This document shows positions 47,400 through 57,158 of a stretch of DNA of 64,000 nucleotides, in pieces (position 1 is the first letter of the stretch; each line of letters begins with the position of its first letter). The translations under genes were made by a program, and so were the position numbers. A model generated the notes under the pieces. That model was not told where the DNA came from. It ran no database searches and saw nothing but the letters and a program-made list of their open reading frames with translations. The DNA lies in assembly GCA_043827405.1 (NCBI GenBank), contig JBDRPD010000062.1:32001-96000 (forward strand), in the 5' to 3' direction. Source of the DNA: Elusimicrobiota bacterium (GTDB lineage: Bacteria; Elusimicrobiota; Elusimicrobia; UBA1565).

Positions 47400-48743
47400 A
47401 TGGGCGAAAAAATTCTGGTAATAGAAGACGATCAGGCGATCGCGGAGTACGCGGTCCTGGTGCTCGAAAAAGAGAGCTTCCAGGTCGAAAAAGCCCTGGA
47501 CGGCAAAGAGGGGCTGGAGCTGGCCAGGGAGTTCATGCCGGACTTGGTCGTTCTGGACCTCATGATGCCCGGCATGCACGGCTATGAGGTCTGCCAGCAC
47601 CTGCGCCAGGACGAAAAGCTGCGCGACGTCCGGATATTGATCACCTCGACCAAGTCCTACGACGCCGATGTTGCGGGCGCCTCCGGAGCCGGGGCGAACG
47701 CGTATTTGACGAAACCCTATACGGCGCAGCGGCTGGTCGAGGAAGTCAAAAACCTGCTCGCGCAGAAGCCGTCATGCGGGAAGGTCGCCGGCAACGGCTC
47801 GGCCGATGAGCCGGACGTAAAAACCGAGGTCGTGAGCGGCGCCGCGGAGCCGAAGACGGCCGGGGTGAAGCCGGAAAATTCCGCCGTATGCATCCGTTTC
47901 TGGGGCACGCGCGGGTCGACGCCGGCCCCCGGGCCGTTTACTATCCGCTACGGCGGGAATACCTCCTGCACCGAGATGCGCTTCGGCGACAACCTCTTTG
48001 TCGTCGACTGCGGCACGGGCCTGCGCGAACTGGGCGTCAAGCTGGTAGATGAGTTCAAGGAGCGGTCGATCGAAGGGCACCTTTTTGTCGGACATACCCA
48101 TTGGGATCATATCCAGGGCTTCCCGTTCTTCACGCCGTTCTACATCCCCAAGAACAACTTCCGGCTCTACAGCGTACGTGGCGCCGGCAAGAGCCTCGAG
48201 CGCGTCTTCCGGGGGCAAATGGCCGCGGACTACTTCCCCGTGCCGCTGCGCAGCCTGGCCAGCGGGCTGACATTCGTCGAGCTGGAAGAGCCGGTGGACA
48301 TCGGCGGCGTCAAGGTGAGCTACCAGCATCTGAACCATCCCGGAGTCGCCATCGGCTTCCGCTTCGAGTACCAGGGCCGGATCGTGAGCTATATCAGCGA
48401 CCACGAGACTTTTTCCCGGCTGAGCGGAGTATGCGAGATGACCCTGAAGCAGGACCGGTCCATCGCCGATTTCGCGCGCGGCAGCGACCTGATGATTTGT
48501 GAAGCGCAGTACACGGAAGAAGAGTATAAGGTCAAGAAGGGCTGGGGGCACAGCACCTTCAACGACGCCGTCGATCGCGCGATCGCGGCGGACGTGAAGC
48601 ATCTCGTGCTGTTCCACCACGACCCGCTCCATACCGACGAGATGATGGACCGTTATCTCGCCGCCTGCCGGCGGCGGCTGCAGGACGCCGGCAGCGCCAT
48701 CGAGTGCAGCGCCGCGCAGGAAATGCAGACGATCAACCTCTAG
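47400..48743 (+). CDS. response-regulator receiver domain fused to MBL-fold metallo-hydrolase
   Basis: REC domain (IEDD, DLMMP, KP) plus FWGTRGS, YGGNTSC, HTHWDHIQG, WGHS, FHHDP. Confidence 0.9.
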   Translation: MGEKILVIEDDQAIAEYAVLVLEKESFQVEKALDGKEGLELAREFMPDLVVLDLMMPGMHGYEVCQHLRQDEKLRDVRILITSTKSYDADVAGASGAGANAYLTKPYTAQRLVEEVKNLLAQKPSCGKVAGNGSADEPDVKTEVVSGAAEPKTAGVKPENSAVCIRFWGTRGSTPAPGPFTIRYGGNTSCTEMRFGDNLFVVDCGTGLRELGVKLVDEFKERSIEGHLFVGHTHWDHIQGFPFFTPFYIPKNNFRLYSVRGAGKSLERVFRGQMAADYFPVPLRSLASGLTFVELEEPVDIGGVKVSYQHLNHPGVAIGFRFEYQGRIVSYISDHETFSRLSGVCEMTLKQDRSIADFARGSDLMICEAQYTEEEYKVKKGWGHSTFNDAVDRAIAADVKHLVLFHHDPLHTDEMMDRYLAACRRRLQDAGSAIECSAAQEMQTINL

Positions 48744-48757
48744 CCTTCGCCGCGGCT

Positions 48758-51019
48758 TCAGCGTGCGCCGCGGGCTTGCAGCAGAAAGGAATTGTCCGTG
48801 CGAAAGGTCTGTCCGCGCAGCAGCTTGCCCAGCGGGTATTCCGTAATCGGGCGGTCGTCGGTTACCAGGCGGTAGGGGCGTACGTAGGCGCGGGCTTCCG
48901 CCGGCGTTATGCGAAATCCCTCCCGCACCTTTTCTTCGGTCAGCGAAGTGAGAATTCGGGGCTGGACGCGTTCCTTGAGCCGCCGCTCCAGAACACCGGG
49001 GGCCCACGACAATGGTTCCTGCGAGCCGAAATACATCACGCCGGCGCGGATATCCGGATGGCTCCAAACCGCGACATGGGGGAAGACTTCGTACATGCCC
49101 TTAAGGATGTCCCAGTAGTCGTCTTCAAACGAGGGCAGCGGCAGCCACAGGGTGAAGATTCCCTGACGGGTCAGCCGTTGGCGTACCAGCCGCATGAAGT
49201 CCACCGTATAGAGATTGGTCGTCCCCGCGGCAAACAGGGGCGGCGAACCGTCTACCAGGACCAGGTCGTAAGGCTTTCGTGAACGCAGCAGCAGGTTGCG
49301 CCCGTCCATCATGAAGATGCGGGTCTGCGGCCGCTCGTAGATCGGCCGGCGGCCGGGCTGGAACATGCCGATGCGGTCGGCGACCGGCTGCAGGAGCTCG
49401 GCCGCATGGACTTCGCCGCCGAGCAGGGAGGCGGCGACCAAGGTCGTGCCGGCGCCCACCCCGATCAGGAGCGTGCGGCGGGGGTCTTCCCGGAACACGT
49501 TGGGGATGGAGGTCATGAGGGCGCCGTTGATTCCCGTGCCCGAGATTATGATGCCGTTGATCAGGAGGGTGCTTTCGTCGGCAGATGCCACGCCGGTGGC
49601 GGTGCCCGCGGGGGCCTCGTCATGGAACATGACGCGGGGCATCTCGCCTTTCATCCTCTCGAGCCGCCGCATGATGATGTCCAGCGAGCGGTCGCGCCGT
49701 GCCGCAAAGCCGGCAAACAGTACGAGAACGGCGAGCGCCATCGAAGCCGGCCTGAGCAGCGAAGGCTTGTGCCGCAGGAGCGCGGCGGCGCCGATGCCGG
49801 CATTGAGCGCCGCGAGGATCAGGAAGCTCTTATGGGTGCCGAACCGGCCGATCCCCCAGAAGCCGATGACGAGCGAGCCGAGGATGCCCCCGGCCGTGTT
49901 GAAGGCATAGACGCGGCCGATCGTGGTCCCCGCCGTATCGTCGCCCGAGCTTTCCAGGCGGGCCGCGAGCGGAAAAAGGAGTCCCATTACGATCGACGCT
50001 GGAAGGACTATCATCGCGGCGTGCAGCGCCAGCCGGGGCAGGTCCTGGCGCGAGACCAGCGGAGTATAGAGGTACTCCGCCGCCGTCTGGCGCAGGCCGA
50101 GCCAGTCGCACAGCCACAGGCTCAGCAGCGCGGCCGCGGCGAGCAGCAGTTCCAGGCGGCCGAACAGTTCCCAGGCACCCCGCTCCGACGTATTCCGGCG
50201 TGCCGCCAGGGCCGAGCCCAGAGCGGTGCCGCCGAGATAGCAGATCAGCAGGAACCCGAAAGCGTATCCGGATGTGCCCAGCAGCAGAATGAGCCGGCGG
50301 GTCCACAGGACCTCATAGCCCATGGCGCAGAACCCTGAAAGCATGAACAGCAGGCAGGCGGCGGAGGGGGTGGAGATAACGGGCAGCGAAAGGCGGTGCG
50401 GCGTCGGCGGACGAAGGAAGCGCCAGGGGAGCTTTCTGCCCGACATGGAAAACGCCGCTGTCGCCGCCGTCAGGTTGCCGGCCGCAGCGGTCAGCGCGGA
50501 AGCGGTCTCACCCCAATAGGCGATGGTCCAGAAGCTCGCGGCAATGACGCCGAGCATGGCGCCCAGCGTATTCGCGCCGTAGAGGGCTCCGGCGCCGCGG
50601 CGTAGTTCGTCAATTCGCGTGATGCCGTGGCGGCATAGTACCGGCAGCGTCGCGCCGAAGAAGAAGGTCGGCAGGAGCAGTGCCGGCCCGGCCAGGACGA
50701 AGATAATGAGCGTGTCGGCGGCCGGACCCAGGCCCGCGTCCAGGGGAGAGATCGCCGCGACGATGCGCGGCAGGGCGCTCATCCACAGGGTCGCCAGCAG
50801 CGCGGCGGCGGCTCCCGCTGTTTCCAGCAGCGCGTAGACGCCGAGCCAGTCCGTCTCGCGGCGGGTCCAGCGTGAGGCGGCGAGCGCGCCCAAAACGAGC
50901 CCGCCGAAGTAGAGGGCGATAAGAAAGCTGACCGCGTGGATGGTGACGCCGAAGGCGCGGCTGAGCATCCGCAGCCACACTATCTCGTAGATCAGGGAGG
51001 CGGCTCCCGATAAGGCCAT
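48758..51019 (-). CDS. fused membrane domain / spermidine synthase-like protein
   Basis: Duplicated TM modules (YEIVW/YEVLW, LYGANTLG/VYAFNTAG) plus SAM-fold motifs LLIGVGAGTT, DGRN, YDLVLVD. Confidence 0.88.
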   Translation of the reverse strand: MALSGAASLIYEIVWLRMLSRAFGVTIHAVSFLIALYFGGLVLGALAASRWTRRETDWLGVYALLETAGAAAALLATLWMSALPRIVAAISPLDAGLGPAADTLIIFVLAGPALLLPTFFFGATLPVLCRHGITRIDELRRGAGALYGANTLGAMLGVIAASFWTIAYWGETASALTAAAGNLTAATAAFSMSGRKLPWRFLRPPTPHRLSLPVISTPSAACLLFMLSGFCAMGYEVLWTRRLILLLGTSGYAFGFLLICYLGGTALGSALAARRNTSERGAWELFGRLELLLAAAALLSLWLCDWLGLRQTAAEYLYTPLVSRQDLPRLALHAAMIVLPASIVMGLLFPLAARLESSGDDTAGTTIGRVYAFNTAGGILGSLVIGFWGIGRFGTHKSFLILAALNAGIGAAALLRHKPSLLRPASMALAVLVLFAGFAARRDRSLDIIMRRLERMKGEMPRVMFHDEAPAGTATGVASADESTLLINGIIISGTGINGALMTSIPNVFREDPRRTLLIGVGAGTTLVAASLLGGEVHAAELLQPVADRIGMFQPGRRPIYERPQTRIFMMDGRNLLLRSRKPYDLVLVDGSPPLFAAGTTNLYTVDFMRLVRQRLTRQGIFTLWLPLPSFEDDYWDILKGMYEVFPHVAVWSHPDIRAGVMYFGSQEPLSWAPGVLERRLKERVQPRILTSLTEEKVREGFRITPAEARAYVRPYRLVTDDRPITEYPLGKLLRGQTFRTDNSFLLQARGAR

Positions 51020-51063
51020 CAGGGAGCATAAAAACGCCAGGCTCTTGGCGGCGGGACGCTTTA

Positions 51064-51681
51064 CTATTTTTTGCGACCCCGCTGCTGCATCCTTTCGCCC
51101 CGGCGGTCCATGCGCTCGCCCTTGTCGTCCAGGCGCTCGCCCTGACGCTGCATTCTCTTGCCCTTGCGCTCGAGCTTGCCGCCGGCGCGTTCGCGGCCAT
51201 GCTTCTGCATGCGCTCGCCCTTGCGCTCCAGGCGCTCGCCCCGCCGCTCGCGCTTCTCGCCCTTGCGTTCCAGGCGCTCGCCCCGGCGCTCACGCTTCTC
51301 TCCGCGCTTCTCAAGGCCCTTGCCGTGCCCGCGCGGGCCTTCGCCCGCCTGCTCCTGCCGCCGCTCTCCGCGCTTCTGCATGCGCTCGCCCTGGCGGTCC
51401 AGGCGTTCGCCTTTGCGCTCCAGTTTGTCCGCTTTACGCTCGAGCTTGTCGGCGGCGCGGTCCTTGCCGTGCTTTTCCAGACGGTCGGCCTTGCGCTCGA
51501 GCTGTTCTCCCTTGCGCTCGAGCTTCTCGCCCCGGCGTTCGCGGCGCTCGCCGCGGCCCGGCCCGGCCTCCGGGCTCTCGCTGGCGGCGGCGGGAGCTTC
51601 CAGGTCTTCTTCGGCCCGGACGTCTACGGTCAAGGTGAGGGCAAGGCATGCGGCGGTGAGCAGGAACAGGCTGGTCTTCAT
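51064..51681 (-). CDS. secreted, highly charged heptad-repeat protein (GERLERK-type repeats)
   Basis: GGAG SD, signal peptide MKTSLFLLTAACLALTLTVDVRA, then about 20 repeats of G(E/K)(R/K)(L/M/R)(E/Q/D)(R/K)(K/R). Confidence 0.75.
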   Translation of the reverse strand: MKTSLFLLTAACLALTLTVDVRAEEDLEAPAAASESPEAGPGRGERRERRGEKLERKGEQLERKADRLEKHGKDRAADKLERKADKLERKGERLDRQGERMQKRGERRQEQAGEGPRGHGKGLEKRGEKRERRGERLERKGEKRERRGERLERKGERMQKHGRERAGGKLERKGKRMQRQGERLDDKGERMDRRGERMQQRGRKK

Positions 51682-51848
51682 GGCGGTCTCCTCAGAAATT
51701 GCGTTTATGATTCGGCTCCGCAGGCCAAGGGTGTAGCAGACGGATTATACCTCATTATCCGTCGTCGTCATCGGCGAAACCTTGTGCTTGACGGCTTCAA
51801 CTTTGCTAACCTGTTTTTACACTTTAATTGACCAACTAGGAGGACGTT

Positions 51849-52229
51849 ATGGGGAGCAAGACGAAGTCGTATATCGGCGCCGGCGTGAGCCTTGTGGCCG
51901 TCGCGGCCGGGGGCTATTTCCTCTACGGGAAGGACGGCCAGAAAAACCGCGACAAGATCAAGGGCTGGGCCCTGAAGGCCAAGGGCGAAATGCTCGAGCA
52001 TATCGAGAAGCTCAAGCAGGTCAACCAGAAGGCCTACAACGATGTCGTCGACCGCGTTGCGAAGCGCTACAAGAAGTTCAAGCAGGTCGACAAGAAGGAA
52101 CTGCAGCGTCTGGTCAAGGAGAGCAAGGGCTTCTGGAACAGCATCGCCAAGAAGGTTCCTGAGACCGAGGCCAAGATCGCCCGGGTCAACAACCGGCGCA
52201 AAAAGGCCGCGCCGCGCCCGAAGAAGTAG
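51849..52229 (+). CDS. hypothetical YtxH-like membrane-anchored basic protein
   Basis: AGGAGG SD; N-terminal AVAAGGYFLYG anchor followed by amphipathic helices. Confidence 0.8.
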   Translation: MGSKTKSYIGAGVSLVAVAAGGYFLYGKDGQKNRDKIKGWALKAKGEMLEHIEKLKQVNQKAYNDVVDRVAKRYKKFKQVDKKELQRLVKESKGFWNSIAKKVPETEAKIARVNNRRKKAAPRPKK

Positions 52230-52256
52230 TTTTTCGCAGCCGCAGACACCGCAAGC

Positions 52257-52290
52257 AGCCGCCCGGCAGTACCGGGCGGCTGTTTGTTTG
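52257..52290 (+). terminator. Rho-independent terminator between convergent genes
   Basis: agccgcccgg-cagta-ccgggcggct followed by gtttgtttg. Confidence 0.8.
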
Positions 52291-52315
52291 CGCGAGTGGG
52301 GGCAAACGCCGGGTC

Positions 52316-52654
52316 TTACTTCTTCCGGGGGACTTCGATGACGCAGCGGTTCTCGAGCGACCGGCTGGTGCGATTGCCGCCGTTGCGGGCGCGGGCCACG
52401 ATGCGGACCTTGCCCGGTTTCTCCGGCTTCCAGTCGTACCAGTAGTAGCCTGCCGCGGCGCGGCACTTGCTCCAGCCTTTTCCGTTGAACGCGACTTCCA
52501 CGTCGTGGCCGGCGCTCGCGCCGATGCGGATCGTATAGTCGCCGGGACGGATTACTTCTCCGTCCTGGGGGTAGTCGATGAATACCGTGCGGGCATGCGG
52601 CTTTGCGGGCGTCTTCTTCGCGGGCGTCTTATTGTTGGTCGTCTTTCCTGCCAT
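52316..52654 (-). CDS. small hypothetical protein with Ig-like fold
   Basis: GGAGAG SD; IDYPQDGEVI..YTIRIGA..YWYDW..IVARAR pattern. Confidence 0.72.
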   Translation of the reverse strand: MAGKTTNNKTPAKKTPAKPHARTVFIDYPQDGEVIRPGDYTIRIGASAGHDVEVAFNGKGWSKCRAAAGYYWYDWKPEKPGKVRIVARARNGGNRTSRSLENRCVIEVPRKK

Positions 52655-52795
52655 ACTCTCTCCATGGTTTGACATTCCCGGGGGGATGTCGAGTGCGCGC
52701 CCATTATACATGAAGCCGTCGACGGAAACCTTGATTTAGATCAACGACGGCGCGGGGGGGTTCCCGCCCCGCATTGTAAAAGATAGAATTGCGCC

Positions 52796-54163
52796 ATGCC
52801 CGATCAGCATGAATGCCGTTATCCGAACGGCAATGTTCTCTACCGGAGGCTGAAAAAGACCTATCCCCGGATCGTCCGGGGCGAGGGGATCATGCTCTAC
52901 GACGCGGAGGGCAAGGAGTATATTGACGCCTGCTCGGGAGCGTACGTCACCAATATCGGTCATGGCGTGCGCGAGGTCGCCGACGCGCTGTCGGCACAGG
53001 CTCGCCGCTTCGCCTACGTCAACGGTACGGCTTTCACCCACGACGCGGCCGAAGAAGCCGCGTATGAGCTCGCCAAACGCTGTCCGCATGGTCTCGACAA
53101 GGTCTTCCTGCTGCTCAGCGGCTCCGATGCCGTGGAGGCGGCGCTCAAGACCGCCCGCCAGTACTGGGCCGCGCTGGGCAAGCCCGAGAAGAAGAAGCTC
53201 TTTGCCCTGACGCCGAGTTATCACGGCAGCGGCCTGTTGGCGCTGTCCGTTTCCGGCCGGCCGGAGTATCAGAAGACCTACCAGGACTGGATCGTGGATG
53301 TGGTGCGGGGCCCGGCGCCGTATCCCTACCGCTGCCTGTGCCGCGGCAAGGATCCGGTCTGCCCCTCCTGCACGGGCACCGGCATCGAAAAAAGGATTCT
53401 GGAGGAAGGGCCGGAAAAAGTCGCCGCGATCATCATCGAGCCGATCGGGGGCTCCTCGACCGGCTGTTCCGTGCCCCGTCTTGAGTTCCTGCGCAACCTG
53501 CGCGCTTTCTGCGACAAGTACGACGTGCTGTTGATCGCCGACGAGGTGCTGACCGGCGCCGGACGCACCGGGACCTGGTCGGCGCTCGAGCACTACGGCG
53601 TGGTCGCCGACCTGCTGGTCTTCGGCAAAGGCATTACCGGCGGCTATGCGCCGCTCTCGGCGCTGGTGACTTCGGAAAAGATCGCCGACGTCTTCGCGCG
53701 CAGCAGCGGCAGCCTGCCGCATAATCAGACTTTCTCGCACTTCTCCGTCTCCTGCGCCGCCTGCGTCGCGGCGCTGGCGTACCTCAAGGAGCATGGGCTC
53801 ATCGAGCGCTGCGCACGGATGGGAGAGAAGCTGCAGGAAAAGCTGCAGATCCTGCGCGAGCACCCGAATGTCGGCGACGTTCGCGGCAAGGGCTTGCTGG
53901 CGGGCGTGGAGTTCGTGGAAGACCGGGAGTCCCGGATGCCGTTCGAGCGGCGGCGGCGCTGCGCGGAAACGTTCGCGCAGCTGGCGCAGGATATGGGGCT
54001 GGTGGTCTGGCCGAACTACGGACAGGCGGACGGGGTCAACGGGGACCTCGCGATGCTGGCGCCGCCGTTTACGGTCACGGAGAGCGAGCTCGACCGCATC
54101 ATCGATTTATTCCGGGGCGCGCTCAAAGCGACGCTTAATTCCATGCGCAAGGACGCGGCATAG
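52796..54163 (+). CDS. class III aminotransferase (BioA/beta-amino-acid transaminase-like)
   Basis: SGSDAVE, SYHG, IADEVLTGAGRTG, FGKGITGGYAPL (PLP Lys), GDVRGKGL. Confidence 0.93.
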   Translation: MPDQHECRYPNGNVLYRRLKKTYPRIVRGEGIMLYDAEGKEYIDACSGAYVTNIGHGVREVADALSAQARRFAYVNGTAFTHDAAEEAAYELAKRCPHGLDKVFLLLSGSDAVEAALKTARQYWAALGKPEKKKLFALTPSYHGSGLLALSVSGRPEYQKTYQDWIVDVVRGPAPYPYRCLCRGKDPVCPSCTGTGIEKRILEEGPEKVAAIIIEPIGGSSTGCSVPRLEFLRNLRAFCDKYDVLLIADEVLTGAGRTGTWSALEHYGVVADLLVFGKGITGGYAPLSALVTSEKIADVFARSSGSLPHNQTFSHFSVSCAACVAALAYLKEHGLIERCARMGEKLQEKLQILREHPNVGDVRGKGLLAGVEFVEDRESRMPFERRRRCAETFAQLAQDMGLVVWPNYGQADGVNGDLAMLAPPFTVTESELDRIIDLFRGALKATLNSMRKDAA

Positions 54164-54181
54164 TCCGCGGCGGAGGTTTTT

Positions 54182-55762
54182 ATGGCGACGGCAGCGAAGA
54201 CGGACAAAATCACCTATACGTCGGCGAATGTCGACATGACGGAGTTCCATTTACAATTCGATAAAGCGCTGGCGAAGCTCCGCGCCGAGGCCGGCAGGAG
54301 CTACCCGCTTTATATCGGCGGCCGGGCGGTGGAAACGAAGAACGAGCCCGTGGTCGACGTTTCGCCGATCGATACTTCGCTGGTTCTCGGCCGGTTCGCC
54401 AGCGCCGGCCACGACGAGGTGGACGCCGCGATCAGAAACGCCTACGGCGTGCGCAAGGAGTGGGAGCATACGCCCTGGCCGGAGCGCGTCAAGATTATGC
54501 GCCAGGCGGCGGCGCTGGTGCGCGAGCGCAAGTATGAGCTGGCCGCCCTCATGGGGCTTGAGGTCGGCAAGAATCGGATGGAGTGCATCGGCGACGCCGA
54601 GGAGTCGGCCGACCTCATCGATTACTACGCCCAGCAGATGGAAGACCACAAGGGCTACATCCAGGAGCTCAATAAGATTACGCCGATCGAAACCAATACC
54701 GATATCCTGCGGCCCTTCGGCGTCTTCGTCTGCGTCGCGCCCTTTAACTTCCCGCTGGCGCTGTCCTGCGGCATGTCGTCCGCCTGTCTGGTGGCCGGCA
54801 ACGTCATCGTCTATAAGCCGTCAAAGGATACGCCATGGACGGGCCTGAAGCTCTACGAGATCTACCGCGACGCCGGCGTCCCCGCGGGCGCCTTTAACTT
54901 CATAACCGGCCGGGGCGCGGATATGGGCGATTCGCTGTGGCGGCATCCGCTGGTCGGCGGCATCGTTTTCACCGGCTCCAAGCAGGTCGGCATGCATATG
55001 TACCGGGAGTTCAGCAGCCGGTGGGTGAAGCCCTGCATGCTCGAGCTGGGCGGCAAGAACGCGACCGTGGTCATGGACTCGGCGGATCTCGACGCCGCGG
55101 CGGAGGGCATTATGAAGTCGGCCTGGGGGCTGCAGAACCAGAAGTGCAGCGCCTGCTCCCGGGTTTACGCCCACAAGAGCGTGGTGCAGGAGCTCACCGC
55201 CAAGATCATTGAGAGAACCCGGGCGATCAAGATGGGGGATCCGACGGAGAAGGACGTCTACTTCGGCCCCGTCATCAACGGCAGCTCGATCAAAAAGTAC
55301 GAGCAGGCCGTGGCGCAGGCCAAAAAGGACGGGGAGATTCTTATCGGCGGCGAGCGCCTTAAGGGCGGCGTCTTCGATAAAGGCAATTTCCTCGCGCCGA
55401 CCATCGCCCGGCTTCCGCTGTCGAGCTCGCTGTTCATGGAGGAGCTGTTTGTGCCTTTTCTGGCTATCGGCGAGGTCGAGACGCTGGATCAGGCGCTCGA
55501 AGAATGCAATAAGGCCGAGTACGGCCTGACCTCCGGCATCTTCTCCAAGAACAAGGAGGAGGTCGAGCACTTCTTCGACATGATCGAGACCGGTGTGACC
55601 TATGCCAATAAGCGCACGGGGGCCACTACCGGCGCCTGGCCGGGCGCCCAGGCCTTCTGCGGCTGGAAGGGCTCGGGCTCGACCGGCAAGGGGGGGTGCG
55701 GCCCCTACTACGTCGCGCAGTTCATGCGCGAGCAATGCCGTACGGTTATCGAGGAGGTGTGA
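54182..55762 (+). CDS. aldehyde dehydrogenase, Delta1-pyrroline-5-carboxylate dehydrogenase (RocA/PruA)-like
   Basis: PFNFP, FTGS, ELGGKN, QKCSACSR, EYGLT, QAFCGWKGSGSTGKGG. Confidence 0.9.
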   Translation: MATAAKTDKITYTSANVDMTEFHLQFDKALAKLRAEAGRSYPLYIGGRAVETKNEPVVDVSPIDTSLVLGRFASAGHDEVDAAIRNAYGVRKEWEHTPWPERVKIMRQAAALVRERKYELAALMGLEVGKNRMECIGDAEESADLIDYYAQQMEDHKGYIQELNKITPIETNTDILRPFGVFVCVAPFNFPLALSCGMSSACLVAGNVIVYKPSKDTPWTGLKLYEIYRDAGVPAGAFNFITGRGADMGDSLWRHPLVGGIVFTGSKQVGMHMYREFSSRWVKPCMLELGGKNATVVMDSADLDAAAEGIMKSAWGLQNQKCSACSRVYAHKSVVQELTAKIIERTRAIKMGDPTEKDVYFGPVINGSSIKKYEQAVAQAKKDGEILIGGERLKGGVFDKGNFLAPTIARLPLSSSLFMEELFVPFLAIGEVETLDQALEECNKAEYGLTSGIFSKNKEEVEHFFDMIETGVTYANKRTGATTGAWPGAQAFCGWKGSGSTGKGGCGPYYVAQFMREQCRTVIEEV

Positions 55763-55763
55763 G

Positions 55764-57158
55764 ATGAAAACTAAAAAGAAGCCCCGGGCGAAGAAGAAAA
55801 CCGGGCTGAAGCGGCCCGCGGCGTCCGCGCGCCGGGACTATCCCCGCATCGTCACGCCGCCTCCGGGTCCCAAGGCCCGGCAAATCATCGATATCGACGA
55901 TCGCTATTCCTCGACGAGCTATATGAAAATCTACCCGCTCGTCGTCTCGCACGGCGAAGGCTCGATGGTCGAGGACGTCGACGGCAACCGCTACATCGAC
56001 TTCATGGCGGGCATCGCCGTGGCCACCACCGGCTATGCCCATCCCAAGGTCGTCGCCGCGGTGCGCGAGGCGGCCGGCAAGTTCTTCAGCATGTGCTCGA
56101 CCGACTGGTACTACGAGAGCTTCGCGAAGCTGTGCGAGCGGCTCGCTCATCTCGCGCCCGGCGACAATAAGAAGCGTGTTTTCCTGACCAACTCGGGCGC
56201 CGAGGCGGTCGAGGGAGCGATCAAGCTGGCGCGCAACTCGACCAAGCGGACGGCCCTGATCGCCTTTCGCCGCGCTTTCCACGGCCGCACCTACGGCGCC
56301 ATGAGCCTGACCTCGAGCAAGGTCGTGCAGCGCGCCTTCTTCATGCCGATGCTGCCGGGGGTGTATCACACCGACTACCCGGACCCGTACCGCGTTGTCT
56401 ACGACCGCCGGCGCTTCAAGAACGTCTCGGAGTACTGCATCTGGCAGATTCATGAGGACCTGTTCCAGCGCCATGTGCTGCCGGAGAACGTGGCGGCCAT
56501 CTTCATCGAGCCCATGCTCGGAGAGGGCGGCTATGTGCTTCCCCCTAAGGAGTTCCTGGTCAGCCTGCGCAAGCTGTGCGACGAGTTCGGCATCCTGCTG
56601 GTCTTCGATGAGATTCAGTCCGGCGCCGGGCGCACCGGCCATATGTGGGCCGCCGACTACTACGGGGTCGAGCCGGACGTCCTGCTGACGGCCAAGGGGA
56701 TCGCTTCGGGCATGCCCATCGGAGCGATCATCGCCAAGGAGTCGGTCATGAAGTGGAAGCCGGGTTCGCACGGCTCGACTTTCGGCGGCAACCCCGTCTG
56801 CTGCGCGGCGGCGCTCGCGACGCTCGATCTGCTCGAAGGCGGGCTGATGGAGAACGCGCGCCGGATGGGCGCGCGGTTGATGAAGGGGCTGGAGCGGCTG
56901 AAGAACAAGTTCACGATCATCGGCGACGTACGCGGCACCGGGCTCTTCATCGGCGTCGAGTTCGTCAAGAGCCGGCGTACCAAGGAGCCCGCGAAGTCCT
57001 TCGTCAACGAGCTCTACATGCGCGCTTTCCACAAAGGCCTGCTGCTGCTGCCCTGCGGCGAGAGCGTGGTGCGCATCGCCCCGCCGCTGAACATCAGCGA
57101 GTATGATGTGGACAAGGGGCTCGAGATCCTCGAGAAATGTCTCGACGAGCTGACGTGA
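55764..57158 (+). CDS. class III aminotransferase (ornithine/lysine/4-aminobutyrate omega-aminotransferase-like)
   Basis: YPRIVTPPPGPKAR start, NSGAEAVE, AFHGRT, FDEIQSGAGRTG, AKGIASG, HGSTFGGNP. Confidence 0.93.
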   Translation: MKTKKKPRAKKKTGLKRPAASARRDYPRIVTPPPGPKARQIIDIDDRYSSTSYMKIYPLVVSHGEGSMVEDVDGNRYIDFMAGIAVATTGYAHPKVVAAVREAAGKFFSMCSTDWYYESFAKLCERLAHLAPGDNKKRVFLTNSGAEAVEGAIKLARNSTKRTALIAFRRAFHGRTYGAMSLTSSKVVQRAFFMPMLPGVYHTDYPDPYRVVYDRRRFKNVSEYCIWQIHEDLFQRHVLPENVAAIFIEPMLGEGGYVLPPKEFLVSLRKLCDEFGILLVFDEIQSGAGRTGHMWAADYYGVEPDVLLTAKGIASGMPIGAIIAKESVMKWKPGSHGSTFGGNPVCCAAALATLDLLEGGLMENARRMGARLMKGLERLKNKFTIIGDVRGTGLFIGVEFVKSRRTKEPAKSFVNELYMRAFHKGLLLLPCGESVVRIAPPLNISEYDVDKGLEILEKCLDELT

